A stretch of 32,000 nucleotides of DNA from assembly GCF_000009045.1 (NCBI RefSeq), contig NC_000964.3, positions 780,001 to 812,000 on the forward strand, in the 5' to 3' direction. The translations under genes and the position numbers were made by a program. Of the stretch, positions 1 through 7,714 are shown piece after piece. The first letter of the stretch is position 1, and each line of letters opens with the position of its first letter. Under the pieces are notes generated by a model, which worked only from the letters and a program-made list of their open reading frames with translations, was not told the DNA's origin and did not search any database. Origin of the DNA: Bacillus subtilis subsp. subtilis str. 168 (GTDB lineage: Bacteria; Bacillota; Bacilli; Bacillales; Bacillaceae).

Positions 1-2
1 TC

Positions 3-1037
3 ATCAGAACCGACTGGCTGAAAAATGTCGGTCTGGATATGCCGGAAACGCTTGATGATTTCTATGAAGTGCTGAAAGCCTTTAAGGAAAAAGATCCTGA
101 CGGAAACGGCAAGGATGATACGTACGGCATGGTCGTGCCGAAATGGATGGGACTCGGCAACGGAAGCCCATGGGATGTTCTGCAAATCTGGTTCGGCGCT
201 CCGAACCGCTACGGTGTTGAAAACGGAAAGCTGATTCCAGATTTTACAACGAAGGAATACATGGATGCGCTCACGTTTTTTAAAAAGCTCTATGATGAGG
301 GCTTGATCAATAAGGACTTTGCTGTCATGGATTCTGCGAAGTGGAATGATCCGGTTGTAAAAGGAAAAGCGGGTGTCATCGTTGATACAGGCTCAAGAGC
401 GTCTCAAATCCAAAGCGCGATGGAGGAGGCGGATGAGTCGAACAAGGATATCATTGATATCGTCGGCTCGCTTGAGGGACCGAATGGCAAGCGCACCTTC
501 CCGACATCTGGTTATTCAGGCATGATCACGATACCAAAATCAAGCGTCAAAACCGAAAAAGAGCTGAAAGAGGTGCTGTCCTTCCTCGATAAGATGAATG
601 ATAAGGAAGCGCAGATTCTCACGAACAACGGAGTGAAGGGCCGCAATTACGAGCTCAAGGACGGCGTATTCACCTCACTTGAAAAAAACAATAAATCTCT
701 CCTGTATGAGCATGAAGGCTTGGCACAGTTCAGCATGTCGATTCCGAAAAGCGAGTATTACATCGAAGACCAGAAAACCAAGCTCTTCCAGCATCGCAAG
801 GACATCATAACCGAAGGAGAAAAAATAGCCGTCTTTAACCCTGCTGAGTCGCTTGTATCTGATGTCTATACCCAAAAAGGAGCCCAGCTTGACAACATCA
901 TCCTCGACGCGAGAACACAATTTATCATTGGAGAAATTGATGAAAAAGGGTTCGATGATGCGGTGGAGCTTTGGAAAAAAAGCGGCGGCAATGAACTGAT
1001 GAAGGACTTGAACAAATTGTACCAATCGTCAAAATAA
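3..1037 (+). CDS. lplA: LplA, extracellular solute-binding lipoprotein of a carbohydrate ABC importer (5' end outside the window)
   Basis: The frame is open from base 3 (I R T D W L K N V G L D M P...). The C-terminal part is a typical family-1 solute-binding protein, followed directly by two permease genes. Confidence 0.9.
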   Translation: MRTDWLKNVGLDMPETLDDFYEVLKAFKEKDPDGNGKDDTYGMVVPKWMGLGNGSPWDVLQIWFGAPNRYGVENGKLIPDFTTKEYMDALTFFKKLYDEGLINKDFAVMDSAKWNDPVVKGKAGVIVDTGSRASQIQSAMEEADESNKDIIDIVGSLEGPNGKRTFPTSGYSGMITIPKSSVKTEKELKEVLSFLDKMNDKEAQILTNNGVKGRNYELKDGVFTSLEKNNKSLLYEHEGLAQFSMSIPKSEYYIEDQKTKLFQHRKDIITEGEKIAVFNPAESLVSDVYTQKGAQLDNIILDARTQFIIGEIDEKGFDDAVELWKKSGGNELMKDLNKLYQSSK

Positions 1038-1091
1038 ACCGATGCGCCTGCCTTTCGGCGGGCGCCCCGGTATCACGAAAGGAGAACAGAT

Positions 1092-2048
1092 ATGGAAACA
1101 GTGCCGAAGAAGAGAGATGCACCTGTTCTCACCGCTGGAAAAGGCATCAGCTGGATGGCTGCGCTCAAACGGGACAAATGGCTTTATCTTCTTCTTATTC
1201 CCGGTCTGCTTTATTTCTTGATTTTCAAATACTTGCCGATGTGGGGTGTGCTGATCGCTTTTAAAGACTATTCGCCATATCTCGGCTTCTGGAAAAGCGA
1301 ATGGGTCGGCTTTGATTATTTCAAAGACTTTTTTATGAATCCGGATTTTTTCCGGCTGCTGCGCAACACCCTCATGCTGGCGAGTCTGGATCTTTTGTTT
1401 GCCTTTCCCGCGCCTCTCATTTTGGCTCTGCTTTTGAATGAGGTAAGAAAGGCCGTGTATAAAAGATGTATCCAAACCTTTATTTACGTACCCCATTTTG
1501 TATCATGGACAATTGTGGTCAGCATCACCTTCGTTTTCTTTACTGTCGATACAGGTGTGATCAACAAATTGATTATGAGCCTGACAGGTGAGCAGATTTC
1601 TTTCTTGTCGGATGCAGACTGGTTCCGGCCAATGATTGTGATGCAAAGCATTTGGAAGGAGACAGGCTGGGGAACGATTCTATTTTTGGCAGCGCTTGCT
1701 ACGGTTGATCAAGAGCAGTATGAAGCGGCCATCATGGACGGAGCGGGGCGGTTCAGGAGAATGTGGCATATTACGCTGCCGGCGATTAGAAGCACCATTA
1801 TCGTTTTGTTGATTTTAAGAATCGGCAGCTTTTTGAATCTTGGCTTTGAACAGGTGTATTTGATGACGAACTCACTCAACCGCAGTGTGGCTGACATCTT
1901 CGACACGTATGTGTACATGATGGGGATTACCCAAGGGGCGTATAGCTACAGCACGGCGGTCGGTTTGTTTAAATCAGTTGTCGGGATTATCTTGATTTTT
2001 GGCGCCAATTACATTGCGAAAAAGTTTGATCAGGAAGGATTGTTTTAG
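1092..2048 (+). CDS. lplB: LplB, ABC sugar transporter permease
   Basis: 318 aa multi-spanning protein with an EAA-type motif (YEAAIMDGAGRFRRMWHITLPAI). RBS AAAGGAG upstream of ATG 1092. Confidence 0.93.
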   Translation: METVPKKRDAPVLTAGKGISWMAALKRDKWLYLLLIPGLLYFLIFKYLPMWGVLIAFKDYSPYLGFWKSEWVGFDYFKDFFMNPDFFRLLRNTLMLASLDLLFAFPAPLILALLLNEVRKAVYKRCIQTFIYVPHFVSWTIVVSITFVFFTVDTGVINKLIMSLTGEQISFLSDADWFRPMIVMQSIWKETGWGTILFLAALATVDQEQYEAAIMDGAGRFRRMWHITLPAIRSTIIVLLILRIGSFLNLGFEQVYLMTNSLNRSVADIFDTYVYMMGITQGAYSYSTAVGLFKSVVGIILIFGANYIAKKFDQEGLF

Positions 2049-2061
2049 AGGAGGGAGAGGT

Positions 2062-2949
2062 ATGGCTGAAATTCACACGATGCACAACACCAAAGCCGGA
2101 CGGGTGTTTGACGTCTGCAACATTCTGTTTCTCGGCGGTGTCGGCGCGATTACCATTTTGCCGTTTTTATATATTATCGCCGGTTCCTTTGCGACAGAAG
2201 CGGAACTCGCCCAGCGGAGCTTCTTTATTTTCCCGAAAACCTTTACACTTGATGCTTACAAGTATGTGTTTTCGACACCGACGTTCCTTCGAAGCATGGG
2301 CGTGTCCATCTTCATCACGGTGGTTGGGACGGCTGTACAGCTGTTTTTTACCTTCACGATGGCGTATCCGCTGGCGAAACGGCATGTGAAGGGACGGAAT
2401 CTGCTGTTGAATCTGGTGATTTTCTCCATGCTGTTTTCAGGCGGCATGATTCCGACGTACCTTGTCGTAAAATCACTTGGCCTTTTGGATACGTATTGGG
2501 CATTGATTCTGCCGATGGCGATTAATCCGTTCAACCTTATTATTATCAAAAACTTCTTTCAGCAGCTGCCGCGCGAGCTGGAGGAATCAGCAAAAATTGA
2601 CGGCTGTTCCGAAATCGGCGTCTTCTGGCGGATCGCCCTGCCTCTGTCAAAGCCAGTTATTGCGACCTTTGCGCTGTTTTATGCGGTCGGGATTTGGAAT
2701 GATTTCTTCCACGCTCTCTTATATATCAATGACAGTGCAAAATGGCCGCTGCAAATGGTGCTTCGCCAAGTCACAATTTTATCGGATTTAACGGCGACCA
2801 ATGGTGATACGATGCAAAATGCAGTTCCGCCGGAGCAGGGAATTAAACTCGCTGTCATTGTCATTGCGACGCTGCCGATTTTGGCGGTCTATCCATTTTT
2901 ACAAAAACACTTTGCAAAAGGAATGCTGATCGGTTCGGTGAAAGGCTGA
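2062..2949 (+). CDS. lplC: LplC, ABC sugar transporter permease
   Basis: The track ORF starts at 1999, but ATG 2062 follows the RBS-like GAGGAGGGAGAGG and does not overlap lplB. EAA motif EESAKIDGCSEIGVFWRIALPLSKP. Confidence 0.92.
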   Translation: MAEIHTMHNTKAGRVFDVCNILFLGGVGAITILPFLYIIAGSFATEAELAQRSFFIFPKTFTLDAYKYVFSTPTFLRSMGVSIFITVVGTAVQLFFTFTMAYPLAKRHVKGRNLLLNLVIFSMLFSGGMIPTYLVVKSLGLLDTYWALILPMAINPFNLIIIKNFFQQLPRELEESAKIDGCSEIGVFWRIALPLSKPVIATFALFYAVGIWNDFFHALLYINDSAKWPLQMVLRQVTILSDLTATNGDTMQNAVPPEQGIKLAVIVIATLPILAVYPFLQKHFAKGMLIGSVKG

Positions 2950-2957
2950 GAAAGGGA

Positions 2958-4298
2958 GTGTTTCATATCAGTACATTAGATCAGATTAAGATTGCCTATA
3001 TCGGCGGGGGGTCCCAAGGCTGGGCCAGAAGCCTGATGAGTGATTTGTCGATTGATGAACGGATGTCAGGCACGGTGGCGCTCTATGATCTTGATTTTGA
3101 AGCCGCTCAGAAAAATGAAGTGATCGGCAATCACAGCGGGAACGGCAGATGGAGATATGAGGCTGTTTCTACTTTGAAAAAGGCGTTATCAGCCGCGGAT
3201 ATCGTCATTATTTCCATTTTGCCGGGATCACTGGATGATATGGAAGTCGATGTGCACTTGCCTGAGCGCTGCGGTATTTATCAGTCTGTAGGTGATACTG
3301 TCGGGCCTGGAGGGATCATCAGGGGCTTGCGTGCTGTGCCGATATTTGCGGAAATTGCCCGGGCAATAAGAGACTACGCACCTGAATCATGGGTCATTAA
3401 TTATACAAACCCGATGTCTGTCTGTACAAGAGTGCTGTATAAAGTGTTTCCCGGCATCAAAGCGATTGGCTGCTGCCACGAGGTATTCGGGACGCAAAAG
3501 CTATTGGCGGAAATGGTCACGGAAAGGCTGGGGATTGAGGTGCCGCGGCGTGAGGATATCCGCGTTAATGTGCTCGGCATTAACCATTTTACATGGATCA
3601 CAAAAGCCTCTTACCGCCATATTGACCTGTTGCCTATATTCCGTGAATTCAGCGCGCACTATGGGGAATCAGGATATGAGCTGGAGGGGGAATGCTGGAG
3701 GGACAGCGTCTTTTGTTCGGCACACCGTGTTGCGTTTGATTTATTTGAAACGTATGGCGCCATCCCTGCTGCGGGTGACAGGCATCTGGCAGAGTTTCTT
3801 CCCGGCCCATACCTCAAACAGCCTGAAGTATGGAAATTTCATCTCACACCTATATCATTCAGAAAACAAGACAGAGCTGAGAAACGACAAGAAACAGAAC
3901 GGTTGATCGTGCAACAACGGGGCGTTGCTGAGAAAGCTTCGGGAGAAGAAGGCGTGAACATCATAGCGGCTCTTCTCGGATTGGGTGAACTCGTCACAAA
4001 TGTAAATATGCCGAATCAAGGCCAGGTCTTAAACCTTCCTATACAAGCCATTGTCGAAACAAACGCATTCATCACAAGGAACCGTGTCCAGCCGATTTTG
4101 TCCGGAGCGCTTCCGAAAGGTGTGGAAATGCTGGCGGCTAGGCATATATCCAATCAGGAGGCAGTGGCGGACGCAGGTTTAACAAAGGATACTGGCCTCG
4201 CGTTTCAAGCCTTCCTCAATGACCCGCTTGTCCAGATTGACCGCAGTGATGCAGAGCAGCTTTTCAATGACATGCTCCAATGCATCATGCAAAGCTGA
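2958..4298 (+). CDS. lplD: LplD, glycoside hydrolase family 4 alpha-galacturonidase
   Basis: 446 aa. N-terminal NAD-binding motif (KIAYIGGGSQGWARSL), GH4 hallmarks (NYTNPMSVCTRVL, GCCHEVFG, GINHFTW), in operon with lplABC. GTG start. Confidence 0.9.
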   Translation: MFHISTLDQIKIAYIGGGSQGWARSLMSDLSIDERMSGTVALYDLDFEAAQKNEVIGNHSGNGRWRYEAVSTLKKALSAADIVIISILPGSLDDMEVDVHLPERCGIYQSVGDTVGPGGIIRGLRAVPIFAEIARAIRDYAPESWVINYTNPMSVCTRVLYKVFPGIKAIGCCHEVFGTQKLLAEMVTERLGIEVPRREDIRVNVLGINHFTWITKASYRHIDLLPIFREFSAHYGESGYELEGECWRDSVFCSAHRVAFDLFETYGAIPAAGDRHLAEFLPGPYLKQPEVWKFHLTPISFRKQDRAEKRQETERLIVQQRGVAEKASGEEGVNIIAALLGLGELVTNVNMPNQGQVLNLPIQAIVETNAFITRNRVQPILSGALPKGVEMLAARHISNQEAVADAGLTKDTGLAFQAFLNDPLVQIDRSDAEQLFNDMLQCIMQS

Positions 4299-4380
4299 GC
4301 TTGCCGATTAGCTCTTTCCGGTTTAGAAAGGAAAGCATTGACCATACTGATAGTATAATCAAGAAGTAGGTGCTATCAAT

Positions 4381-5076
4381 ATGGGAAATTATTTAAGTGT
4401 TGCGGTAGAACTGGTCTGCGGTTTAGGCATTTTATTTATCATCTTAAAGCTTCTCGGGAAAACCCAATTTTCTCAAATTACGCCGTTTGACTTTATTTCT
4501 GCTTTAATTTTAGGTGAATTGGTCGGAAATGCCGTCTACGATCATGAAATCAAAATCAAAGAAATTATTTTTGCTTCGCTATTGTGGGGCGTGCTGATTT
4601 ATATTATTGAATTTATCACGCAAAAAATGAAATCATCGCGAAAGTTCTTGGAGGGCGAGCCGAATATCGTCATCCGCAAAGGGGAGCTTCAATATAAAGT
4701 AATGAAGAAAAATAAGATAGACATTAACCAGCTGCAAAGCCTATTGAGGCAAGCTGGGAGCTTTTCGATCCAAGAAGTAGAATATGCGATTCTTGAAACA
4801 AACGGGATGGTCAGCGTGCTTCCAAAATCAGACTTTGACAAACCGACAAATAAGGATTTGCAGATTCCTTCGAAGTCCGTTTCTCTGCCGATCACGTTAA
4901 TCATAGATGGAGAGATTGTGCGGGATAATTTGAAGGAAGCAGGTGTGGATGAACAGTGGCTGAAACAAGAATTGAAAAAGAAGAACATTGATAAGACAGA
5001 GGACGTGTTATTTGCAGAATGGCATAAAAATAAGCCGCTGTATACTGTAACGTACGAACAAAGCAGATCAACATGA
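4381..5076 (+). CDS. yetF: YetF, DUF421-family membrane protein
   Basis: 231 aa with N-terminal hydrophobic segments followed by a DUF421-like soluble domain (EPNIVIRKGELQYKVMKKNKIDINQLQSLLRQAG...VEYAILETNGMVSVLPK). Confidence 0.88.
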   Translation: MGNYLSVAVELVCGLGILFIILKLLGKTQFSQITPFDFISALILGELVGNAVYDHEIKIKEIIFASLLWGVLIYIIEFITQKMKSSRKFLEGEPNIVIRKGELQYKVMKKNKIDINQLQSLLRQAGSFSIQEVEYAILETNGMVSVLPKSDFDKPTNKDLQIPSKSVSLPITLIIDGEIVRDNLKEAGVDEQWLKQELKKKNIDKTEDVLFAEWHKNKPLYTVTYEQSRST

Positions 5077-5083
5077 CTCTTAG

Positions 5084-5115
5084 AAAAAAGCTTGCAGCAA
5101 GGCGCAAGCTTTTTA
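5084..5115. terminator. Bidirectional Rho-independent terminator between convergent yetF and yetG/hmoA
   Basis: Inverted repeat AAAAAGCTTGC ... GCAAGCTTTTT with A and T tracts on either side. Confidence 0.85.
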
Positions 5116-5439
5116 TTGATTGTATGTCCCTTGTTTGACAGCACGTACATGGTACATGCTCACTTCAGTGCTGATCAGATAGTCAGGCTTTGGTTTGCCT
5201 TTGTTTGCTTTATGGCCGGCGATATGCGCATCGCTTTTTTCCCATTGCTTCCAGTGATCCTCTGATTCCCAGCGAATCATGACAACAACTTCTTCATCAC
5301 CGCGGCGCACATTTTTCTCAAGCACTGTCACATCAATTAAACCTTCTTGTTTTTCAATGATTCCTTCAGCGCTGAAACGTTCTATGACTTTATCTGCAAA
5401 GCCTTCTTTAACCGTCATTTTTCTCAACTGTACAAACAT
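5113..5439 (-). CDS. hmoA: HmoA (YetG), heme-degrading ABM-domain monooxygenase
   Basis: 108 aa starting MFVQLRKMTVKEGFADKVIERF. The track ORF extends 33 codons upstream into the promoter/Fur-box region, so the start is trimmed to 5439. Confidence 0.85.
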   Translation of the reverse strand: MFVQLRKMTVKEGFADKVIERFSAEGIIEKQEGLIDVTVLEKNVRRGDEEVVVMIRWESEDHWKQWEKSDAHIAGHKANKGKPKPDYLISTEVSMYHVRAVKQGTYNQ

Positions 5440-5480
5440 TTGTCTCACTCCAATCATTCTCACATATGAATAATTGTAAA

Positions 5481-5495
5481 TGAAATTCATTCTCA
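5481..5495. promoter_or_regulatory. Fur-box-like operator upstream of hmoA
   Basis: TGAAATTCATTCTCA matches the 7-1-7 consensus TGATAATNATTATCA at 11 of 14 half-site bases and lies about 40 bp upstream of the hmoA start. Iron-dependent control by Fur is established knowledge for this gene. Confidence 0.6.
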
Positions 5496-5542
5496 ATGTC
5501 AAAGAAAGCGCAGGGCGGAATCGAACCGCCGTGCGCAACAGT

Positions 5543-5905
5543 TTATTCTTTTAATAAAAACACATTTCCGTCTTCGTCCTTAAATTGAACGAAGGTGCCC
5601 CACTCCATTTGATTGGGCTCACCGAGAAATTCTACACCGTTTGTCTTCATTTTCTCGTATGTACCAAAGATGTCTTCGCATTCAAACACAATAGAAGCCT
5701 TCATTTGCTCTGAGCCTTTCATCATGGCTTTCGGGTAAATGACTAAACGAGTCTCGGCTCCTTTTGGCGCAACCTCCAGCCAGCTTGCTTCAGGTCCCAT
5801 TGGGTGATCCGCTGCAATATCAAAGCCTACCTTCTCTGTCCAAAATTGCTTCGCTTTCTGCTGGTCCTCGACATATACAGCAACAGTGCCAATTTGTTTG
5901 ATCAT
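5543..5905 (-). CDS. yetH: YetH, VOC/glyoxalase-fold protein
   Basis: 120 aa with glyoxalase/bleomycin-resistance-like features (VAVYVEDQQKAKQFWTEKVGFDI...GTFVQFKDEDGNVFLLKE). Good RBS (GGAGG) upstream. Confidence 0.85.
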   Translation of the reverse strand: MIKQIGTVAVYVEDQQKAKQFWTEKVGFDIAADHPMGPEASWLEVAPKGAETRLVIYPKAMMKGSEQMKASIVFECEDIFGTYEKMKTNGVEFLGEPNQMEWGTFVQFKDEDGNVFLLKE

Positions 5906-5966
5906 AGGGAAACCTCCAAGTTGAAAAGATAATAATACTATAACCTGTTTACGGCCGAAGTAACAT

Positions 5967-5993
5967 AAAAAAATCAGCCGGGAAACCGGCTGA
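5967..5993 (-). terminator. Rho-independent terminator of the 5997..6491 gene
   Basis: ATCAGCCGG GAAA CCGGCTGAT hairpin followed on the minus strand by a T run (plus strand AAAAAAA at its left). Confidence 0.85.
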
Positions 5994-5996
5994 TTA

Positions 5997-6491
5997 TTAA
6001 AATGAGCAGCTTACAACATCGATGTGATTTGTGTCTAAGGCGAAATAAACCCAGCGGCGCCGTGAGGAATCCCAATAAAAGCCGCCGACGGATCTTCTGC
6101 CAAGGATGATCGGGTAAAACCAAAATGAGCGGCCATTGGTTAACCAGACATAGGTAAATCGGAAAAGGCAAGGACGAATGGTGATTGGTTCAACTAACAA
6201 AACGGCTCCTTGAGAACCCTGCGGTTTTGGGGGTTTCGCTGGTATTTGGGAAGGAGGAGGTCCCTGCGGCGCACCGCCGAAGCCTGGGCTGGCACCGCTG
6301 CCAATACCAGGGCCGGAGCCGCCGCCAAAGCCTGGAACAGCACCACCGCCAATGCCAGGACCGGAGCCGCCGCCAGAGCCCGGAACAGCGCCGCTGCCAA
6401 TGCCAGGCCATGGATATCGGTATTCATATTCAAAAGCAGGCCAAGGCTCATAAAAATGCCCCGCAAACATATAAGGATCAACATAATACAT
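5997..6491 (-). CDS. Uncharacterised Gly/Pro-rich protein with a 16-aa tandem repeat and an aromatic/basic C-terminal domain
   Basis: 164 aa MYYVDPYMFAGHFYEPWPAFEYEYRYPWPG...; minus-strand RBS GAAAGGA upstream of ATG and a dedicated terminator. The opposite-strand and out-of-frame ORFs over the repeat have no comparable support. Confidence 0.72.
   Translation of the reverse strand: MYYVDPYMFAGHFYEPWPAFEYEYRYPWPGIGSGAVPGSGGGSGPGIGGGAVPGFGGGSGPGIGSGASPGFGGAPQGPPPSQIPAKPPKPQGSQGAVLLVEPITIRPCLFRFTYVWLTNGRSFWFYPIILGRRSVGGFYWDSSRRRWVYFALDTNHIDVVSCSF
6253..6396 (-). repeat. Three units (one diverged) of a 48-bp in-frame tandem repeat
   Basis: 6301-6348 and 6349-6396 are near-identical 48-mers (CCAATNCCAGGNCCGGAGCCGCCGCCANAGCC...). 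6253-6300 is a diverged third copy. Encodes IGSGAVPGSGGGSGPG / IGGGAVPGFGGGSGPG / IGSGASPGFGGAPQGP. Confidence 0.85.
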
Positions 6492-6528
6492 GTGATAACG
6501 TCCTTTCTCATTGTAAACTGTACATTGC

Positions 6529-6557
6529 AGTTTATGCGGGCGGACTCTTATTGGTGC
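6529..6557 (-). promoter_or_regulatory. Possible SigK-like promoter for the Gly/Pro-rich gene
   Basis: Minus strand reads GCACC-N16-CATAAACT, close to the mACm-N16-CATAnnnTA pattern. Pattern match only. Confidence 0.3.
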
Positions 6558-6688
6558 ATTCGCCTAAGGATATGAAGCTGGAATGCTCTCAGAGAGCAGA
6601 ATCATTTGATTTTTCTCTAGTCTTATTCACAATTCCGATTTATCATTTTATAATGAAAGTGCTTCTATTACGAAAAAGGAGACAGACC

Positions 6689-7270
6689 GTGAATATCGAT
6701 CAATTATTATATCAATATATCATAGACAACACTGCGGATATTACTGAGAAATGGTTCAGTTTGCGTTGCCAGCTAAAAGGCGAGCTATATTCCGCCAGCC
6801 ATTTAAGTGAAGAAACGAAAACACTTTTAACCGAGCAGCATACATTTACCAATATAACAATCGCAAGCGCATTTCTGGAGGATCAAACCGATTTTCAAGA
6901 AAACATGACAAAATGGGCGCAAAACGTTGCGAAAAACAGGGTAGAGCAGGATGTTCAAGTGCATGAGGTCGTAGAAGCCATATCCAATTCAAGAATCTCA
7001 TTCTGGGACGCAGTCGCCACATTTATAAAAGAGAATCAGGAGATTGTGACAAATGAGGATGCAGACCGATGGAACCGCATTGTGAATCAGTCGTTCGATA
7101 AGCTGATTATTGAATTCTCCGAGCAGTACCAAAAATTCATGCTGATGAGGCTTACATCTCAGCAGGAACTGATCTCAGAGCTTGGCTGCCCGGTCATTTC
7201 CATTGCCGATGGAATCGGGATATTGCCGCTTATCGGCTCCATTGATACAAAACGGCACAGGTCATTTTAG
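6689..7270 (+). CDS. yetI: RsbR-like protein, N-terminal (non-heme-globin-like) part, truncated by an apparent frameshift; probably YetI
   Basis: GTG 6689 is preceded by AAAAAGGAGACAGACC. The protein begins NIDQLLYQYIIDNTADITEKWF and ends ...ELGCPVISIADGIGILPLIGSIDTKR, exactly at the linker into the STAS domain of RsbR paralogs. The track ORF start at 6185 is too far upstream and runs through the opposite-strand repeat gene. Confidence 0.72.
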   Translation: MNIDQLLYQYIIDNTADITEKWFSLRCQLKGELYSASHLSEETKTLLTEQHTFTNITIASAFLEDQTDFQENMTKWAQNVAKNRVEQDVQVHEVVEAISNSRISFWDAVATFIKENQEIVTNEDADRWNRIVNQSFDKLIIEFSEQYQKFMLMRLTSQQELISELGCPVISIADGIGILPLIGSIDTKRHRSF

Positions 7271-7275
7271 AAACA

Positions 7276-7560
7276 GTGCCGGTCCGCTGTGTCGAGAGAA
7301 AAATCACAAGCCTCGTCGTTGATCTTTCGGGTGTTCCGATTGTGGATACCATGGTGGCTCAGCAATTGTACAACCTGTCTAAAACACTTTTCTTATTAGG
7401 CGTCAAAGCCGTATTTTCAGGAATTCGCCCGGATGTGGCCCAAACATCGATTCAATTGGGGCTTGATTTTAGTGAATATGAAACGTACGGCACGCTGAAG
7501 CAGGCATTAGAAAACATGGGTGTCCGCTGTATTGTTGAGGAATTGGAAGAAAACAAATAG
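7276..7560 (+). CDS. yezB: RsbR-like STAS-domain fragment; probably YezB
   Basis: 94 aa VERKITSLVVDLSGVPIVDTMVAQQLYNLSKTLFLLGVKAVFSGIRPDVAQTSIQLGLDFSEY, a classic RsbR C-terminal STAS domain. It lies in the -1 frame relative to yetI, 5 nt after that stop. Confidence 0.75.
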   Translation: MPVRCVERKITSLVVDLSGVPIVDTMVAQQLYNLSKTLFLLGVKAVFSGIRPDVAQTSIQLGLDFSEYETYGTLKQALENMGVRCIVEELEENK

Positions 7561-7631
7561 GAAGTTTCCAGGCATATGATTGTCCGTCACCGGGTGATCA
7601 TATGCCTTTTTGATTTGAACAGAAATCACCA

Positions 7632-7671
7632 TTGATTTATCGAAAAAAACATAATATTATAATTCTTATAA
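7632..7671 (+). promoter_or_regulatory. SigA-type promoter of yezD overlapped by a PerR-box-like operator
   Basis: TTGATT (7632-7637)-N17-TATTAT (7655-7660). TTATAATTCTTATAA at 7657-7671 matches the PerR consensus TTATAATNATTATAA at 13 of 14 half-site bases. Confidence 0.45.
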
Positions 7672-7714
7672 GAATACTGTGAATTAAAACCTATTCAACA
7701 GGGGGGAAGGTCTT

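Noticed and set aside
4340-4375. TTGACC ... TATAAT and inverted repeat ATACT-gat-AGTAT upstream of yetF as a promoter/operator
   Set aside because: The -35-like and -10-like hexamers are only about 10 bp apart, too close for a SigA promoter, and the 5-bp arms are too short to claim an operator.
6253-6396. Possible CRISPR-like or intergenic repeat array
   Set aside because: The units are directly adjacent with no spacers, keep an open frame in multiples of 48 bp, and lie within a CDS. No cas genes are nearby.
6190-6575. Three extra overlapping minus-strand ORFs (6190..6411, 6194..6511, 6210..6575) across the repeats
   Set aside because: They arise because a GC-rich 48-bp repeat keeps every frame open. 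Only 5997..6491 has both a sensible RBS and a matching terminator.
6185-6688. N-terminal half of the 361-aa plus-strand ORF 6185..7270
   Set aside because: This part runs through the antisense of the Gly/Pro repeat gene and has no RBS. RsbR similarity starts only at GTG 6689, which has a good RBS.
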